Assembly: GCA_020891255.1 (NCBI GenBank)
Contig: BQFW01000002.1
Location: 1,922,001 to 1,986,000, forward strand
Source: Entomortierella parvispora E1425
Taxonomy: Eukaryota; Fungi; Mortierellomycota
Length of the DNA: 64,000 bases
Direction: 5' to 3'
The notes under the pieces are model-generated. The model did not search any database and had not been told where the DNA came from. It saw only the letters and a program-made list of their open reading frames with translations. Shown here one piece after another: positions 49,601 to 61,127 of this stretch (its first letter is position 1; the number at the start of each line of letters is the position of its first letter). A program made the position numbers and the translations under genes.

Positions 49601-52372
49601 ATCACCGTCCCCAGTGCCGTCTTCGTCAGGTGCATCGTCGTCCTCCTCGAGTTCATCCTCCTCACCATCCACGTTGACCTCATCATCAGAGTCCATGTCC
49701 TCCTTGGGACTCGAGACAGGAGCGGGAACAGGCGAGTCAATGTTCATGTCCATAGGGCCAAGGCTGGACATGTCAATATCCATATCGGAAAGACCAACAG
49801 CAAGCGCGTCAACGTCCATTCCGGTTGGACCGGACCCGGGAGTGTCAGCACTTTTCGTCTTGCTGCCCCTGCGACGACGTAAGCCCTTTTTCTTTTCGAT
49901 GTTCGCTAGTCTCTTCTTGCCTGCATTGTTGATAATGATATCGACGTCGGCATTGGCAATCGCAGTAGCGGCGGCGGCGTCGGCGGCTGCCAAAGCAGTG
50001 GCGACAACAGTGTTGCTAGGATCAGCTTCGGCAGCAGTGCGAGCAGTACTGACTGCGGCTTTGGCAGCTTCAGCGGCGTCCCTCAATTTCTTTGGCAGAA
50101 ACAAAGCTTCCTTCAAGGGCCGCAAATCCTTGGTGTCGGTGATGAACAACCCAACGGCATCCTGCCCATGGCGCAACAGCTCGTTGGCGACCCGTGCAAT
50201 GCGCCGCATGGTCTTGACAACTGCCAGTCTGACGTCGTTTTGGGTCAACTTCCTTAAGGTGTTGTACTTTGTTTGGTTTGAGTGCTCAGCCAACCACGAT
50301 GCGCCGATCGCCTTGTCAATATTGCTTCCCAGCTGGCCCATGTTCAGTGTTTTGCATGCGTGACGACCAGTCAGACTTTTGACAAAGAACGATTTTCTCA
50401 AGGCGCGGTTGCTGGGTGGAGTGGCCGGCTTGGGTGCCTTTGGAGTCTTTGGGGTCTGCCCAGACTTTCTTGTCGTCTTCTTTTGGCTCTGCTTGGGCTT
50501 GGTCTCGGGCTTGGTCCTTGCCTCGGGGTTCTTGGGGTCTTTGTTTTTTTTTGCCATAGTCTGGATCGAATGGCTTGAATGGCTTGAATTCCAGATCCTT
50601 TGGCGGATCCCCCAAGGTCGCATTGACCTGCGTGCCTGCGCCTCCGACACAGTGAACTTTGATGGCAAACTGTTTGGAGGGCATCTTGTGAAATCCTTTG
50701 CTCTTGTACTCGGCCTTGCAGCGCCCAGCACGAATGGCCATGTTGTCATCACGTATCAATCGGCGTGCATTGACACTTTGGCGATGGAGATGTTGACGTG
50801 CTTGACGCTCTTGACGTGCTGGATCGGGTGTCGCACTGTCATCCGGCCTGGGAGAATAACCTGGGTGTGACGGGTCATCGAGGCGCGGGCACTGAACAGT
50901 CTTGAAGCGGTTGTACCTCTTTCTCTTGTACTTTTCTACGCTTGTTCTATTTGCGATCAAAGGTGTCAATGTAAAAAGAAGTGTCAGCAAGATGAAGTTT
51001 TCAATCGTGGCTCTGTCTGTATTTGTTCTGACATGATGACTTACTGCTGTGTCGACTTTTCCTTTCGGCTTTTGAGTACCTGGCGGCGAATCTTGCCGGC
51101 CGCAAGCATGCGCTTCTTCAGGTCGATGACTTTATCTCGCGTCTGATTCTCCAAGGTTGCTCTTGTGAGCTTTACGTCGTCACTGAGTGGAGTCTCTACG
51201 CCATCGATGAATATCCTCTTGGAAGACGCTCGTTGGTTTTCCTTCATCTCGACGTCCGAGGGATCGATTTTTTCAATGGCCTCCTTGACATCCTTGTGTT
51301 CGTAGTAATTGTCCAAGATCTTGAGCGCTGCATCCTTCACAGGAACGCCGTCCACAGTGATGTCTAACAGAAGATTGCACGGAGCGTGATTAGTTATTTT
51401 GCTTGATGTGAACTCTAGCATGATGTTTGGCAGAACAAAAAAAAAAGGCCTTGGCTTACTTACCTTTTGAGCAAGACTTGATGATACGCGAATTGGTGAC
51501 AATACCAAACCCAGCAAGGTTCGCGTTATAGTCCGTTTTGGACACACAGCCCAGCACCGTGAACTGAGCCCGTGTCCGCTCCGACTTTGCCAAAAGTTCA
51601 TCGACATTGTACTGGATATACTTCTTGCCAGAGGGCCGCAGAAGGATCGGAATCGACGGATGGATGGCATAGTCACAGTCGTTGCCGACTACAACAAACT
51701 TTGCCTTTGCAATAACCAGCTCCTTGGCTCGACGAACAATTGCGAGGTCGGCCTCACCGTCGACCAGCTTGACGCACTTCTGGGCGGCGGTATCGAAATG
51801 CTGCTTCAGCTGGTGATCGTTCAGAGTTTCTAAACCAAGTTAACCTCATGTGTGATGCGTCGTCTCGCCTGCACATGGCGCGGAGATTGTTCAAAAGTCC
51901 GTCCAAGCTGATAGTCATTCATGAAACGATCCGCTAATTGTGATGCCATCTGCTTGCTAAGCTTGTCCTTAAAGTCGTAGGTGAGGGATGTGCAAGACCT
52001 TAATAGCTTTGTGCAGGTCCTGTAGTCGGTCTTGTTGGTACTCTTTCCGACGGCAGCTCTATCCTCCATCTCTTTAACAATGGATTCCGCACTGTCTAGA
52101 TCGGCCTGGTTGTCACGTCGCGCCATGCTTGTTGCATGCTTCTCTTTGTTGCCATGGCCGTCGATAAAGAACTCGACATTGGGAACATTGAACTTGTTCA
52201 GGATCCAAATGGCGGCGAATTCTTCTGGCTTGCCCATCTTGCTGTTGTAGACCGAGCGAACGAGAAATGGGTAAAATGATCCGACATCGACGAGGATCTT
52301 GCAGTCTGGCAGATCGACTTTGGGGAGCTCCTTTGCTGTACCAACGACCGCCAAAAGGCCAGGGCCGCCCAT
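46670..52372 (-). CDS. XPG/FEN1-like PIN nuclease fused to Fanzor/TnpB-like RuvC-zinc-ribbon nuclease (probable mobile-element gene, ~7 exons)
   Basis: N-terminal MGGPGL, ILVD, FIDG..KEK..T..RR, GEAD, GNDCD, VSKTDY..GFG; C-terminal GAIDLG, GYIIVGLPEYYTSRRCPKC, CVRC..HRDLLAASNM. GT-AG introns 51364-51463, 50947-51044, 47929-48049, 47413-47516, 46798-46851 all preserve frame. Needs one frame change at A9 (50544-50552) and one unresolved junction at ~51805-51865. Confidence 0.75.
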
Positions 52373-53470
52373 TTTAGAAGAGCGACGCTGTGGTATAAAA
52401 AAAAGGAAAGAAAAGGCTTTTCTGGTTAGATTCTTGAACCCTTGATATGAACAACGTCAAAGGGTCTTGCTTCACAGTACCTGGTGTTGGCAGCAAACGA
52501 GGGTGGTAGCTTGGAGTAGACTTTTTCAAAGGGTCGAGGGGGGGCAGGGAGATGGCAGAGAGGTGCTATGACAGAAACCGTGTGAGTGTATTGCTCGCTC
52601 ACTCCGGATTGAAGCAGGCAAACAGCGCGAGTAAAGCCTACCTTTGCACGACGTCAAGACAATATCTTTGATGAATAGCAGGTAGGTAGGGAGATACGTG
52701 AGGGGAGAGTCTTGGGGGAAGGGGCGTGGATGGTTGTGGATGGGGATGCGTTGGAAGGGTGTGTCAAGAGTGCACGTCGAAGAGAGAGTAGGAATGAGAA
52801 AGGGAAAAAAAAAAGAGGCAAAATAATAACCAAGGTGGGGTACGATGATGGATGATGATGCATGTTGATATCCGCGTAGTCATCAGTAAAAGTGGACCAC
52901 ACCCCGCAGGCCAACCAGTCATCGTTTCTTTAAGGGCATGTTGGCCAGACAGAAAACACAGCAGACATACGCTGCGCCAGCACCACCGATATCGTGTATG
53001 AGGGTCGCTCCCAGCTGGATATTGACAAGGGGCCCCCCTTCACTCAGATAAACCAAACCGGGTGCAACAAAGGATGCATTCACTCAACGCTGTGAAATGA
53101 TTCACAGGTGTTCAATATTTTCAAAACAGTGACTGTAGATTATCCTGGGCAAATAAATACACCCGAATAGTGGCAAACTATCACGTGATTCTATCTCAAT
53201 CGAAGACACGTCACCGAAACCGAAATCATCGCACGAGACGCGTGGTAGTAGGCCTCTTTGTCACCTCCGCCAGAGCGTGCGTACATATCGACACGCAATT
53301 GCACGTCTCGTCCCTCGACTCGAGACAGGGCGCATTGTTGCAACTGGCATTCATTCATTCATTCTTTCATTCCTCTCTCTCTCTCTTTCAGTCGACCCAT
53401 TGCTACATCCCCTTCTCTTTATCTCTCTTTCTTTCCTTCGTCTCTTACCCCGTACCTTTCACATCTCATC

Positions 53471-54887
53471 ATGGCTGGCTCTTATGATCGCGCCCTGACC
53501 GTCTTCTCGCCCGATGGTCATTTGTTCCAGGTCGATTACGCTCTCGAGGCTGTCCGCAAAGGAAGCTGTGCCGTAAGTCAGCGCTTTTTATTGTCTATTA
53601 TAATTGGCCTCCGCATCTTCTTTTTATTACACAGGACGCAGCCTATGCCCACGGAACGTGGATTGTTGCGGCTCAAGGAAGACAGGAAACTGTAGTCGCT
53701 TGGAACACTTGACGCGTCTGAAGGAGGCAGATATGAACGGAAGGCAGGACATTCAAATACAGACGCGAAGAACAGACAGGATGGATGTGTCTTTATGGAC
53801 TTGCTACCCCCTCATAAAGCACATTGGTCGTGGGTGGTCCTTATTTTGAAAATAGAAGTTGTCTTTAATGTCTTCAGCCATTTCTCAATTGTTGTCTCTA
53901 GGTTGGCGTTCGTGGCAAGGATTATGTTGTTCTTGGAGTTGAAAAAAAGTCGGTCTTGAAGTTGCAGGATGATCGTACTGTCAAGAAGATTTGCATGTTG
54001 GACGAGCATGTCTGCCTGGCCTTTGCAGGTAAATATTGCTGGATCGAAACAACCGAAAACAGGGATCGAATTTGGAGGCTTTCTCTATTTGGGAACAACG
54101 ACCCCGATTTAACTCCTCGGTCACTTTTTGCATTTATGGACCCAACCATTCCATAGGTCTTTCCGCGGATGCTCGTGTTCTTGTGAACAAGGCCAGGATA
54201 GAATGCCAGAGTCACAGACTCACAGTGGAGGACTCCGTCTCGATCGAATACATTACCCGCTACATTGCAGGAGTACAGCAGGTAAGGATGAAAGAGAACA
54301 ACAACTTTCTTTCTTTTTCACAAAGGCCCCTGATTACGTTTGAATTGACAGACTGACTTATCTTTGTTGTTTCCCGAATCAGAAATACACTCAGAGTGGA
54401 GGAGTGCGTCCCTTCGGAATCTCGACATTGATCATGGGCTTTGACTCGGACAAGGTCCCCAAGTTATATCAGACGGATCCCTCGGGCGTTTACTCTGCAT
54501 GGAAGGCCAACGCTATCGGTCGCTCCTCAAAAACCGTCCGTGAATTTCTGGAGAAGAACTACAAGGAGGACATGACAAAGGAGGATACCATCAAGCTCGC
54601 CATCAAGTCATTGCTCGAGGTTGTTCAAACCGGTGCCAAGAACATTGAGATTGCGCTGATGGGACCCGATGCTGTTATTCAGGTATGAATTGCCCCGACC
54701 TCTTCGTGCTTTTTTTTTTGCTTTTCACTTTTGTTGATCCCCTGTAATTAACTTTGAATGTGCGTTATGACCTCTTCCTTATTTTTAGCGATTGGAATTG
54801 TCAGAAGTCGAAAAGGTTGTAGCAGAGATTGAGGCAGAGAACGAGAAGGAGAAGGAGAAGGCCAAGCCTGCCTCAGCACAGCAGTAA
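53471..54887 (+). CDS. PRE6: 20S proteasome subunit alpha-4 (PSMA7 orthologue, multi-exon)
   Basis: [31 protein letters not shown]; [26 protein letters not shown]; [11 protein letters not shown]; [19 protein letters not shown]. Confidence 0.95.
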
Positions 54888-55089
54888 AACAATATCAAAC
54901 GAGATTGGCCTCAGGAGAACCGTAAACTTGAAGGATAGACTGGTCCCTCAATAAAAGAAAAAGAAACACAGAAGATACCGCGTTAAGGATCGCGTACGGA
55001 TTCCTGTTTATGATACATGTTTTGCGGGTCATTTTGAGAATGAGAGAATAATGTACACAGAATGAGAGTGATATAGGAAAACGAGGAGC

Positions 55090-57540
55090 TCAATGAAACT
55101 TGAACATCGTCACCAAGGACAAGTGGTCAGATCCAATTTCAGCGGTAGGTAAACCGCTGCTATTATCAAGCTGCTTGCATGGCAATTCCAAGTTTGCCAC
55201 AACCTCCAGGCGCGTTGGATTTTTGATGGGTGTGCTCTTGAGCTGTCCAAAAAACATAAAGTCGCACATCAATTTCGCACGCCCATGATAGGTAGTCCAC
55301 TGATTGCCATGGTACGCCCGGGTGTTGCCTTTCTTCCCGTGCGATGAAAACTTGTAGGAGCTTCTCAGAGTGAACGGTTGGGTGATGAGAACGGACTCCT
55401 GTGAAGTGGAATCATCCATCAGCATTGAAACGTCCACTTGTTCCCTCTCCTGCTCCTGCTCTTGTCCTTGTTTTTGCTCTTGCTCCTGGGGTTTGATACT
55501 TTCTTGCGCCTGCGACTTTAATCTGGCAAAGACACTGACTGCAGAAGCCTTGCTCTGCGCGACATGTGCAGCCAGCGCTGCTATTAGATCTGACTCCTCC
55601 ATAATCTCAATTTTTTTCGTTGTTGACGTTGCCACTCCCGATGCTGATGATGCTGTGGTAGTAGTAGTGGTGGTGGCGGTGGTGGCAGTAGCAGTAAAGA
55701 CGGTAGATTCTGCACCATTATTGCTGTTGTCTCCGAAGCTTGCAAGGAATTCCTTGACAGGGTTATAGAAATCTTGTTGTCTGGGTAGTGGCCGGTTTTG
55801 TCCCGACATTAAAGCCTCAGGTATAGAGGTGAGGTCCACGTTTTCTAGAGTGGGGTAAAGAAGTTGTAGAATTTGTCAGTACAAAACATTATCAAGAAAA
55901 CGGGCAAATGAAGAAGGCGCTCACCATCTGTCAGGTAACGAATGACAAGACTGTGAGGTAAAGCATTCAAGTCCCCACAAAGGACTATTTTTATCAAATG
56001 GAATTAGGATTAGCAACCATTCAGAGGTAGAGAGGTGTAATACTACAATGACTTTTCGACAGTATCAGGTGCTTACCCAAGGGTATATCTCCTCCAAAAC
56101 CGGTGATCAGCCTCTCGCTCATCTCTAGTAGCATCCTGATCTGCGCCAGCTTTATCATACCACGCCTCGGATTGTACAGAACATGGGTCGTCGCAATACA
56201 CACTCTCTTTGACTGAGAAGCTGTAGAAATAAGAAGAAAATTAATATCCGTCAAATAGAAGAGAAAAGCCCTGTCTAAACATTACAAAATGCAGTCATTA
56301 CTTTGAAATACGTCGAAGATCCCGACGATACCGACATTGTCTTGCGTGACAAAGTCATTTTCCAGATAGTCCACCCCCACAATCGTTACGGCTTGTACCC
56401 TGCATTGAAAAACAAGAATGTCACATATAATAATAAATGTTAATAATTACTTGAGCAATGAGAAGGTAACAAACAGAGCTAGTCGTTGGCAATCCCTACG
56501 TTGAGTTGCGATAGAACAACGCACAGCCGTCCGGCTTGGTTCCATTTCGTTTCTTGTAAAATCCCGTATAGCCCCTGTATGTGAATGCTGGTAGAAACAA
56601 ATGTACATAATCATATTCGTCCAATTCCTGCAGGCAATAAAAGTCCAGGTCGCTCGCTAATATAAAAGCTTTGTATGAGCAACAGAAAAGAAATGTAGCA
56701 CACCATCATACCGCTTTTTGCGTCCTCCTTACATGCAAGCTCGGCCAAAAGTGCTCGACTTCGATTTTCCCAAAGAAGGACCCGCGGTTTGCAGTGTTGA
56801 TACAGATCGAGATGTTCTGCAGCCAGCTCTTTGGACAGAAGATTGTAGGTCATGACTGTGAACCTCAACTCAAGTGGATTGTCCTCCGCCTGACGGTCCC
56901 ATTTACGTGCCTGAAGTTTCTTATTCGAATGCTTTCCATGACCAGAACGGCCAGTATGACCCAAGTCTGGTTCCTGATGAGAACCGAGGGGTGCCTGCTG
57001 CTGATGCCTCTGCTGTGGGCGATAAGGATGAGCATGGTGGGGTCGCGGATGTGACTGCTGCTGGTGCCTTTGCTGTTGATATTGCTGCTGATGATGCTGC
57101 TGATGATGATGCTGTTGCTGATGATGCTGTTGCTGATATTGCTGTTGCTGACATTGCTGTTGCGGATAATGTTGCTGATGATGGTGCTGCTGCAGATGCT
57201 GTTGCGGACTGTGCTGTTGCTGATACTGCTGATGTTGACTCTGCTGATGCTGGCTAGGCCGTTGAGCATGCTGATGAGACCGGCCGTGCTGCTGTGGTTG
57301 GTTGTGCTGTGAGGTGGAAGATGATCCGACCCCATGCTGCGCTTGTGGCACCCAAGGGTCGTTACTATTCGGTCTCGCCCCCGGAACTGCTGCCGTCCCC
57401 GTTTCTGCGGTGACTATGGCAGCTTGGTCTGACCGATTACGCCCAGCATTGCTCTGGGCTCCCTTGGAGGGACCATGCGCCTTACTTGGCTTGGCCGGTA
57501 GTTGGTGTCTCCGCTGTCGATCCTTGGATGTGTCGCCCAT
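55090..57540 (-). CDS. CCR4/Angel(NGL)-family EEP phosphatase/nuclease with Gln/His-rich N-terminus (multi-exon)
   Basis: Likely start MGDTSKDRQ at 57540; FTVMTYNLL, FYCLQELD, IATTHVLYNPRRGMIKLAQ, CGDLN, CDFMF, GSDHLSL. Confidence 0.85.
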
Positions 57541-57669
57541 GAAAGTCTGGTATGAAGAACGAATGCTTGCTTCGCATGGCAAGGCAAGGGATCTACAAAA
57601 AAGCTCACAGAATGAAATGATCACGTGATGTGGACGCGTCCATTTTTTTTTTTTTTTTTTGTTGGTCCA

Positions 57670-58433
57670 TCTTGCGCATAGACAAGGGTCGCGATCTTTG
57701 CTGACGTGGCCAGTCCGAGTTGCCAACAAGCACCCACTATCAGAACCACCGCAAACCACAGGTGTTTGTGGGGTGGTCTGCACTGCAGCCATGCAAAACC
57801 CATGTAGATAAGGCGGATACTCCAAAACTGGTGCTCCGTCCATGGTCATGTTCTGACTGTTGAATTCCATGAACGTCGAGATCCCGGTGGCAAAGATAGA
57901 GTTGGTGTAGCCATCCGGCCACACTGCGGCGGCCATCCCTTTTTGATTCAAAAGATTCGCCATAGAAACGGATGGTTTAAGAGTTGGCGGGGTGGCACTC
58001 CAGGTAGCGCTGGTAATGTCATAGACAGCAAATCCGACTGCGTTACCAAACAAAACCACTTTGCCATCCCGGTTGACCGCACAGGAGAATCCAGGGTAGG
58101 AGTCTACAGAGGGCATAATCTACCATGGAGGATTTGGAAGAGACGACCAATTGTCGTCTCCATTCGAGAAAGGATAGGGCATGCTTTGGAATATGGTTCC
58201 ATTGGCAAGCTATAAAACGATGAGAGGATTAATGAAAAGAAAAGGAGTACTCGGGCTATTAATTGATAAAATGACAGGCAGGTGCCTACCGTGCCTGTGC
58301 CGCCAAGAACATAGCAGACGTTGTTATATCCAAAAGTACAGCTGTTGGATCTGGCCCCTGGGCCTTGCGAGGCTTCAACGGATACCCAAATGAACGAAAG
58401 AATGAGGGCTAGAATGGAAACAAGGATAGTCAT
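57670..58433 (-). pseudogene. Truncated paralogue of the adjacent kelch-like membrane protein
   Basis: Signal peptide, GPGARSNSCTFGYNN and the same first intron as the 60505 gene. TAG at 58120-58122 where the paralogue has Gln (PPWQ). Homology ends after PVVCGGS. Confidence 0.75.
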
Positions 58434-58953
58434 TAGGCGGGAATAGAGTGCAATAGAGGATGGTGAGGGGCATTAACATGAGGGGAAAGTGACAAAGACA
58501 GAGGAAGTAGGGGCTGACCGCTCGGCGGCGTCTTGTTTTTCTTTGACATTTTACGTCCTGAACCTTTACTTTGCCTTGGACGCTTTCGCCCTCGAATTTT
58601 GGCACCCCAGCCCACTCGGATCAAGTTGGAAAGTCCACATCTGACAACCAACTGTCGACTCTGCATCTACCTCTGCCTTTACTTTTCTCTTTCTCTTTTC
58701 CATATATCCCACTTAGCTACTTGATCGTGAGTTTTCATCCAAGCTGGAATCAAGAGATGGAGCTCATTCGACAATGTTGGACCATTCCGCTTCAAGAAAG
58801 ACAAGACTTTAGAGCAAGGGAGTGAGGTTTTATTACATTAGTGATGGAGAAGAGGAAGTTTATAATAGTACAGAGACGATCCGACCTGCAGTCAAGGACA
58901 TAAACTATCAAGCGAGAAGGTCGAACGGAAAGACGTGATGTCCTCAGAGACAC

Positions 58954-60505
58954 TCATGCTTGCTCTGATTGCTGTTGAGCATACCATTCGCCGTATGGAA
59001 CCTGAGGACTCCTATAGACCTTTGGATCTATCGTCTGCGGGGCACGTGGTCCACTTGACTTGGAGGCACTCTATAAGACCGAAAAGACCAAAAACATTCT
59101 AGGGTTAGCGAACATTTGCCTGTCAAAATGTTCTACCATCATCATCATTTGAAAAAAATAAAAAAATAAAAAAAACACTTGCGTCTTCCTCGTCCCCTTC
59201 TGTAGGCACAGCAGCATGCGATTTCTGCCTCCTCCTATAAATGACGAATCCAGCAACAACTATGACAATGACGGCCAATCCTCCAACAGCACCACCCACA
59301 ATCGCTCCAACGTGTGACTTTTTTTGGGGCGGGCCTGATTCGCTTGTGCCAGGCGGGGGGCCCAAGTTCGGGCTCGGGAAGGGTGTGACCCAAAGATTGG
59401 TGGAGAGATTGAATTGGTAAATGACGCTACTGTAGGAGGTCGAGAAGATGTCCTGACCACCAAACAAGACCGCCGTGCTGGTGTTGGGCATGACTGTCGC
59501 GCCAATGTAGTCGTAGATGGGCAGATAGGCGCTTCCTTGCACATTGGGGATTGTGCCCCAGCCATTGCTCCTATTATTCATGTCGAATATGTACATGTCC
59601 GGATTGATGGGCTTTGGTGGAAATCCGGCCGAGTAATACGTCGAGAGGAAGCCTGGCCAGACCACAAAGTGCGTCTCAAATGCAATCAGCGAGCATGCAT
59701 CCTGGGCTTCTGGCAAGGCCGCGAATGGCGTCGAAAGATTGCCCAGTCCGAGTTGCCAGCAAGTGTCGCTATAACCCATAGAAGTAGACCCTCCGCAAAC
59801 TACAGGCAAAGGGGGTGTCGTTTTCACAACATCCATGCAGAATGAACCGTAGTCCTCCTTGAATCCCGGCACTGATACGCCGTCCATGGTCATGTTCTGA
59901 CTGTCCAGCTCCAAATACATCTGGGGTCCTGATACAAAGATAGAGATGGTGTATCCGTCTGGCCAAACCGCCGAAGCCACTCCTGACTGATTCATCAGAT
60001 TTGACATAGAAACGGATGGCTTGAAGGTCGGCTGGGTGGTGCTCCAGGCGTTACTGGCGGGATCATAGTAAGCAAACCCGACAGCATTGCCGAACAAGAA
60101 CACCTTGCCATCACGGTTGTTAGAGCACGAGAATGTCGGCTGAGAATTCACCCAGGGTATGGTCTGCCATGGAGGATCGGGTAGTGAAGTCCAATTAAGA
60201 GACTCTTCTGCACCAGTGAATGGATATGGGGTCTTCATGAAAATAGTTCCATTGGCGAGCTATTCAAGGGCAGGAAAGGGAAGGATGAAATTTAGTTCTG
60301 TTGGACTGTATATATGATATTGAGTGAAATGACCATGCATCTTGTTCCCCTGCATGCGTACCGTGCCCACCCCGCCGAGGACATAAAAGTCGTTGTTGTA
60401 ACCGAACACACAACTGTGGGCTCTAGCGCCTGGTCCCGGAACAGCATCTGCAAGCGCAGCAACAAGGGCCAGAAGAATGGCCAGCAAGCTGGCAAAGAGT
60501 GCCAT
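58954..60505 (-). CDS. Kelch/galactose-oxidase-like beta-propeller type I membrane protein (3 exons)
   Basis: Signal peptide MALFASLLAILLALVAALADA; intron 60260-60361; YVLGG/VCGG/LFGG repeats; TM GAIVGGAVGGLAVIVIVVAGFVIYRRR; short spliced tail ending QSEQA*. Confidence 0.8.
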
Positions 60506-61127
60506 AGAGGCGGTAAAAAAACAGAGAAAAGGCGGTGGGAAGTCGGGGAGCAATGGAAGAAAGGAATAATAAGAGAGAAGCAAAAAGTAAACAGAAACAG
60601 GGCTTGGACATGGAAAGAGCGATGGATAAATGGGTCACCTGCCAGAAAAGCAACGAACGGGGTGCAGGGGTTGGATGTGCCAGCTGGGTTGTTGTGCGTG
60701 CTCATTTTGAGTTTTTTTTTTCTAGAAACGAGAGCGCTGATGGGTTTTTTCCCTCATTCTGGACTCTTAAAAGAATCAGCAGCAGAAGAGTTTGGGTGGC
60801 ACCGTCGATTATTGGTGCATCGTACCTTCTTTAAGTACGTGTTCAAGGTCGGAACATGTGTCGGCCAACAGAAAACATTGTTTGCACCGCCCAACCATGC
60901 GTGCACAGCTTCATAAAACACAGGCAGCACCGTGCACGGTAATTTCCAACAGCGTTGAGAACACGTTTTTACAGGATTCTTTTACGGCTGCAAGAGGGGC
61001 TCGTTGCGGGCAAGTGAATTAAGTGGGTAACTGAGTCGTGCCATCCGTAGGATTGACTCTCCTTTGGGACAACCATTGTTATTCATGGGATGCAACATGG
61101 CAGATGTAGCTTTTATTTTTTTTATTG

